From positions 1,129-65,128 of the forward strand of contig JAZQVQ010000121.1 in the NCBI GenBank assembly GCA_045631825.1: 64,000 nucleotides of DNA, in the 5' to 3' direction. Shown here piece by piece: positions 59,800-64,000 of the stretch (within the stretch, counting starts at the first letter, position 1; each line of letters opens with the position of its first letter). Made by a program: the position numbers and the translations under genes. A model generated the notes under the pieces. It ran no database searches. It was not told the origin of the DNA and saw only the letters and a list, made by a program, of their open reading frames with translations. The stretch comes from Eubacteriales bacterium. Lineage in GTDB: Bacteria; Bacillota; Clostridia; Oscillospirales; CAG-382.

Positions 59800-60350
59800 A
59801 AAAATACAACATTATCTATGCAGACCCACCGTGGGCGTATTTGTGGGGTAAAGGTAAGGATGGTGGACACTTTGCACCTGAAAAACACTATCAGACGATG
59901 GAGGTTGATGAAATATGCAAACTCAACGTGAAAAAGATTGCCGATAAAAATTGTGCGTTATTGATGTGGGCTACTATGCCGACATTACCGGATGCGATTC
60001 GTGTTATAAAAGAATGGGGATTTCGCTATAAAACGTGTGCCTTCACTTGGGTAAAGACACGGAAGGACGGACAACCACTTGCCGGTATGGGTAGTTACAC
60101 GAAATCCAACGCTGAGTTATGTTTGTTGGCTATGCGTGGACATATTAAAAGTGTGGATAAAACGGTGCCACAAATTGTTATGCAACAACGTATGGGGCAT
60201 TCGGTAAAACCACCGCAGGTGCGTGATAAAATTGTACAATTATTCGGGGACATTCCTCGTGTAGAGTTATTTGCCAGACAAACTGCCGAAGGTTGGGATT
60301 GTTTGGGTAATGAAATAGATGGTCAAGATATAAGGGAGATTTTAAAATGA
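59796..60350 (+). CDS. MT-A70-family N6-adenine DNA methyltransferase
   Basis: IIYADPPWAY catalytic motif in a 184-aa protein. Confidence 0.85.
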   Translation: MKKYNIIYADPPWAYLWGKGKDGGHFAPEKHYQTMEVDEICKLNVKKIADKNCALLMWATMPTLPDAIRVIKEWGFRYKTCAFTWVKTRKDGQPLAGMGSYTKSNAELCLLAMRGHIKSVDKTVPQIVMQQRMGHSVKPPQVRDKIVQLFGDIPRVELFARQTAEGWDCLGNEIDGQDIREILK

Positions 60351-61123
60351 CTATAAAAAAATACTTAACAACACCAGAAGAAATACTGGCTTTAAAAGAT
60401 ACTGATACAAAGATTTATACGTTTTCAGAAGAAAAGTATTACAAGTTTATTGATGGTGTCTTGTGCCTTTTCAGTGGAAACGATTCTATTGAACTGTTTA
60501 ATACAAATCTAGCAATAGGAACTTATGAACGTCCCTACATTCTCGTAGAAGAACCTGTTAAGGAAGCTGATGAGAAATGGAAGGTTATTGATGAGTTTCC
60601 TGATTATGAAGTTTCTTCCTTAGGTCGTGTATTTTCTAAAAAAAGAAATAGAATGTTAAAACCCTATAAAAGCAGGGGGTATGAAGTTGTTGATTTGGGT
60701 GTTAGGAGTGAAAATCGTGGTGCAAGATATGTTCACAGACTTGTTGCAACGGCGTTTATTGAAAACCCAGAAAACAAAGAAGAAGTAAATCATAAAAATA
60801 GCAAAAGAGATGATAACAGAATAGAAAATTTAGAATGGGTGACACCACAAGAAAACGTTGTTCATTCTTATAGGTGTGGGAAACAGAAATATGCAAGTAG
60901 AAATAGAACACAACAAGTATTATCTTGTTCACAACCGATTGTTTGTGTAGAAACTGGTATTAGGTATTTCTCAATTAGCGATGCGTCTAGAAAATTACAT
61001 ATTCACACAGCAAATATAGCAAGATGTGTAAAAAATAATAAAAAAAGCGTTCACGGATTGCATTTTTTGGCATTACCAAAGCCCGAAGTCGCAGAGATTA
61101 CTGGCTATAAAGTGGAGGCGTAA
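60347..61123 (+). CDS. HNH homing endonuclease
   Basis: WKVIDEFPDYEVSSLGRV (NUMOD4-like) and VNHKNSKRDDNRIENLEWVTPQEN (HNH_3-like). It is free-standing between unrelated genes. Confidence 0.8.
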   Translation: MTIKKYLTTPEEILALKDTDTKIYTFSEEKYYKFIDGVLCLFSGNDSIELFNTNLAIGTYERPYILVEEPVKEADEKWKVIDEFPDYEVSSLGRVFSKKRNRMLKPYKSRGYEVVDLGVRSENRGARYVHRLVATAFIENPENKEEVNHKNSKRDDNRIENLEWVTPQENVVHSYRCGKQKYASRNRTQQVLSCSQPIVCVETGIRYFSISDASRKLHIHTANIARCVKNNKKSVHGLHFLALPKPEVAEITGYKVEA

Positions 61124-61124
61124 G

Positions 61125-61331
61125 ATGTATGGTAATATTTTCGATGGATTCTTTTCTTTTGTAGCAACTTTAATCGCAGCGTTTCTTTTGATTATTTTTA
61201 TTTTGGTAGGAATGCTTTTCTTTGGTAAAAGTGAATCGGAATACAGAGAAATTGTTATAAATGAATTATGTCAAAAGAAACAGTATGACTTTTGTGAAGT
61301 TAGTACTTATAAGTTAAAAACGGAGGAATAA
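61125..61331 (+). CDS. small membrane protein
   Basis: 68 aa. TMD FFSFVATLIAAFLLIIFILVGMLFF. Confidence 0.5.
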   Translation: MYGNIFDGFFSFVATLIAAFLLIIFILVGMLFFGKSESEYREIVINELCQKKQYDFCEVSTYKLKTEE

Positions 61332-61490
61332 ATGTGGAAATTTACTATTAAACAGGATGGATTAAAGGTTGCCTCGGGTTTTGGAGAGGATAAAGAGTTT
61401 GTCCTCAATGAGTGCTTTCATTACCTTTCCTTGTATGCAGAGGAAACTTTTAAAAAGATGACAATAGAAATAGAAGAAACGGAGAAGTAA
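61332..61490 (+). CDS. small hypothetical protein (52 aa, below the ORF-track cutoff)
   Basis: ATG has GGAGGAATAA upstream. The ORF fills the gap between flanking ORFs exactly. Confidence 0.4.
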   Translation: MWKFTIKQDGLKVASGFGEDKEFVLNECFHYLSLYAEETFKKMTIEIEETEK

Positions 61491-61492
61491 AG

Positions 61493-61792
61493 ATGTATAT
61501 TAATCACAAAACAAAGACAGACATTCTATTAGAGGATATTAAGGGCGAAGATGAAAAAGAATATATGGACTATCTGATTCACAACAGAACAGAACTGACA
61601 AAGCAGATAAAACGTCATTTGGATGAGCTATTACTGCTACAAAAGAAACTTGACATAGCTGTAAAGGCTTTGAAACATATGGCAAAGTTTCCAGCATACT
61701 ATCACGATTATACTGGACCAGCTGCACAGAAAGCCTTAAAAGAAATTGATTTGGTCGGGACATCAATGTCCTTAGCAAAGGAGGAAGTATGA
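61493..61792 (+). CDS. hypothetical protein
   Basis: 99-aa ORF with GGAGAAG upstream. Confidence 0.55.
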   Translation: MYINHKTKTDILLEDIKGEDEKEYMDYLIHNRTELTKQIKRHLDELLLLQKKLDIAVKALKHMAKFPAYYHDYTGPAAQKALKEIDLVGTSMSLAKEEV

Positions 61793-62034
61793 AACAGATA
61801 ACGATTTATGAGTTCTTGGAAAGAAATAAAGATATTTTGTGCGGTTATTATGTTGCTATGGACAAAACCGGTGATTGGAAACTTTATGGTTCAGAACCAG
61901 AAGCTAGAAAAGGGTGGAATGAATGGTTATTACATTCAGATACTGTTTTTGATTTAAGCGGTTTTAGCATCGCCCCTTTTGAAGGGGACTGGCAAGATAG
62001 TCTAATTAAGATTGAATATAAGGAGGTAAAATGA
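61789..62034 (+). CDS. hypothetical protein
   Basis: 81-aa ORF with AGGAGG upstream and an ATGA overlap. Confidence 0.55.
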   Translation: MKQITIYEFLERNKDILCGYYVAMDKTGDWKLYGSEPEARKGWNEWLLHSDTVFDLSGFSIAPFEGDWQDSLIKIEYKEVK

Positions 62035-62210
62035 TTAGAAAAGAAGCGGAACAATTAGCAGAAAAACTTAGTAAGGTTTGTATGCGTTCTTTAACATCAA
62101 AATTATATCAATTCCCACCTTTATCAAAAGGAGAAGCGTTGATAAAGACGGCAGAAATAATGCTGTTTTATTGGGAAGCGGTTGAAAGTTTAATAAAGGA
62201 GGAAGTATGA
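62031..62210 (+). CDS. small hypothetical protein (59 aa, below the ORF-track cutoff)
   Basis: ATG has AAGGAGG upstream, with ATGA overlaps at both ends. Confidence 0.45.
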   Translation: MIRKEAEQLAEKLSKVCMRSLTSKLYQFPPLSKGEALIKTAEIMLFYWEAVESLIKEEV

Positions 62211-62665
62211 AACTGAATGAAATAAAAAAAGTTGGATTTTATACAGATGACTTGCAAAAAAAGGAAACGATTTTTGAGGTGATTAAAAACACCGATGAGG
62301 TATGGTTGAAAGAAGAACCAGAGTGCAAAGTTCTTATTGATACTTGGTTTTACGACCATACGGACGATAATGATAAGAAAAATTATCAATGCGATGGGAC
62401 GTTAAGAGAACCGAGATTTTCAGAACCAATAGAGGTATTTGAAATAAAAGATATGAAATACGAAATTTATGGAAATTCTGGTGGGTGTATGAGGGAAAAA
62501 ATAAAAACTTATAAAGAAAAGTATCTTTCGCTGTTAGATGGCGATAAAGGAACATTGGAACACTTGAAAAAGATTCTTCCGATGATTGAGTATAACAGGG
62601 TCGCCTATGATTACCTAGAAAAAGTCATAGAAGATATGGAAAAAGATATAAAGGAGGAACAATGA
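62207..62665 (+). CDS. hypothetical protein
   Basis: 152-aa ORF with AAGGAGG upstream. Confidence 0.55.
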   Translation: MKLNEIKKVGFYTDDLQKKETIFEVIKNTDEVWLKEEPECKVLIDTWFYDHTDDNDKKNYQCDGTLREPRFSEPIEVFEIKDMKYEIYGNSGGCMREKIKTYKEKYLSLLDGDKGTLEHLKKILPMIEYNRVAYDYLEKVIEDMEKDIKEEQ

Positions 62666-63099
62666 GTAAAGAACTGACAGAACAATGGCGTAATGGAACG
62701 CTGCACGGTGGTTGGTATTTTCTTGAATTTGAAAATGGTGCAATACTTCCGGTATATTATTGTGAACTTAATAGAGAGTTTGAGTTTAAGTGGGATTGGA
62801 AAATATCAAAAGTCCTATTACCTGCAAGTTATGACCAATTCGTTGAACTCATCAAAAAGGTTCACATTCTTAACGAAGCGAATATGCAATTAGAAAACGC
62901 TATTGGTTCGCAGGCTGATTATTTTCGGCAAAAGATTAGCGTTCTTGAATCTAAACTATCCGAAGTAAATGAGGTTATCAAGTTTTATGCAAACACGGAC
63001 GGGTTGACCGAAGAAGAAAAACAAATGAGTGCTGAAAAATACCATCTTGTTTATGGATTGAAAGCATACGATTACATTGAAAGGTATGGTGTGAAATGA
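62662..63099 (+). CDS. hypothetical protein
   Basis: 145-aa ORF with AAGGAGG upstream. Confidence 0.55.
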   Translation: MSKELTEQWRNGTLHGGWYFLEFENGAILPVYYCELNREFEFKWDWKISKVLLPASYDQFVELIKKVHILNEANMQLENAIGSQADYFRQKISVLESKLSEVNEVIKFYANTDGLTEEEKQMSAEKYHLVYGLKAYDYIERYGVK

Positions 63100-63437
63100 A
63101 ATGGACAGATGACAAAATAGTAGAATGGCATAAAAAGACTTTCCCTGATTGCACCTACGAAAGTCAGTTAGCAAAATTGGACGAGGAGTTAAAGGAAGTT
63201 TCCGAGGCTCAGAAAAAAGGAAATTACGAACATTCCTTTGATGAACAGGCAGATGTGTATATTGTAGCAACGGTATTGAAAGAAAGGTTTAACAGTGCGA
63301 TTGCTAAATATTTTTTAGCTTGGGAAGACGGGTGGCAAACCCCGTTCTTATTTGAACGTGTTGACCGTAAAATGGAACTGAATCAGAAAAGAACGTGGTG
63401 TAAACTCAACGGTGTGTATCGACATAAGGAAGTTTAA
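63096..63437 (+). CDS. MazG-like nucleotide pyrophosphohydrolase candidate
   Basis: KLDEELKEVSEA ... FDEQADVYIV resembles the EExxE...ExxD all-alpha NTP-PPase pattern. Confidence 0.5.
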   Translation: MKWTDDKIVEWHKKTFPDCTYESQLAKLDEELKEVSEAQKKGNYEHSFDEQADVYIVATVLKERFNSAIAKYFLAWEDGWQTPFLFERVDRKMELNQKRTWCKLNGVYRHKEV

Positions 63438-63438
63438 A

Positions 63439-63777
63439 ATGAAAACAGGTGATGAAGTTAGATTTAACATTGTCTCCGAACCTTATACGAGGAGGGGTTA
63501 CATTATAAACAAAAAAGACGGTAAGTTTTTGGTGAGCGTCCCTTACAGTCGCTGTAAAAGATATTACTGGAAAACACGTGAGCAATTAACGGTTGTGAAA
63601 CCTTATGTTCCAGATTTCCCGACTCCGGAAGAACGAATCGATGAGTTTAAATGGACGATTAAAACGGCTTTGGAGTTTTTAAAGCAAGGAAATACCAAAC
63701 CCGCTGTTTATATACTTGAAAAATGCTTGACAAATGGAAATAAAAAAGATACAGTTGAGGTAGGAGGTAATGTATGA
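63439..63777 (+). CDS. hypothetical protein
   Basis: ATG at 63439 has AAGGAAG upstream. Confidence 0.55.
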   Translation: MKTGDEVRFNIVSEPYTRRGYIINKKDGKFLVSVPYSRCKRYYWKTREQLTVVKPYVPDFPTPEERIDEFKWTIKTALEFLKQGNTKPAVYILEKCLTNGNKKDTVEVGGNV

Positions 63778-64000
63778 ACATAAAAGAAAAATGTAGAGAA
63801 TTGAATATGCCCTATCTTGTGGTTATGAAACGCATTTCTAGGGGTTGGTCTATTGCAAAAGCCTTAGAAACGCCTAGACAACACAAAGCAAGAGAACGCA
63901 TATTTTATAAAGGGAAATCTTTATCAGAATTATTCCCAGAACATATCGTTTCTAAAATCAAAGAAAGAATTAAATCCGGTTGGAGTGTTGAACTTGCGGT
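63774..64000 (+). CDS. hypothetical protein (partial, runs off the window)
   Basis: ATG has AGGAGG upstream and an ATGA overlap. The frame is open to the window end and is not in the ORF track because it has no stop. Confidence 0.5.
   Translation, partial: MNIKEKCRELNMPYLVVMKRISRGWSIAKALETPRQHKARERIFYKGKSLSELFPEHIVSKIKERIKSGWSVELA

Overview
The window is most of a tailed dsDNA phage genome. I found no tRNA, rRNA, CRISPR array, integrase or CI-type repressor. It has three arms.

(1) 1-6891 (+) is a replication and recombination block: HNH endonuclease, compact family-B DNA polymerase, PD-(D/E)XK nuclease, DEDD exonuclease, and an SbcD/Mre11-SbcC/Rad50 pair.

(2) 7001-37800 (-) is a late operon whose order closely follows lambda. 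It runs GpA-type large terminase, portal, S78 protease-scaffold fusion, decoration protein, major capsid, neck genes and major tail. It continues with the G/T chaperone pair, tape measure, M, L, K (split into two ORFs), I, J, tail fibres plus a Tfa-like assembly protein, an unknown block, and a lysis cassette. The operon is interrupted at 12.7-13.5 kb by a small plus-strand cassette.

(3) 37923-64000 (+) is an early/middle arm. It holds a prim-pol/D5-type primase-helicase, a PAPS-reductase-family gene split at a (GA)6 tract, and about 60 small ORFs, many of them very acidic. It also holds a SNF2-type helicase, a FEN-type 5'-3' exonuclease, two N6-adenine methyltransferases, thioredoxin, a GapR/DUF2312-like protein, LuxR- and Xre-type HTH proteins, a MazG-like protein and a homing-type HNH endonuclease.

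The most unusual signal is non-coding and lies in the early hyperplastic region at 42.4-49.8 kb. That region is built from repeated regulatory cassettes:
- near-identical consensus sigma70 promoters
- a conserved 5'-terminal hairpin
- a 16-nt perfect hairpin GGAGTC-CCGA-GACTCC (13 copies)
- a second hairpin family with a compensatory stem change
- a conserved GAAAGGAA ribosome-binding block

Other notable elements in that region are:
- a roughly 10-fold local excess of GAATC/GANTC sites inside a repeat-laden ORF
- a 440-bp gene-free segment with a 49-bp-arm inverted repeat around an AT-rich core
- an octamer repeat with G-quadruplex potential
- duplicated TTTTGTCTAA motifs

Everything here comes from reading the sequence and recognising motifs. 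No database search or folding computation was run, and the host could not be identified.
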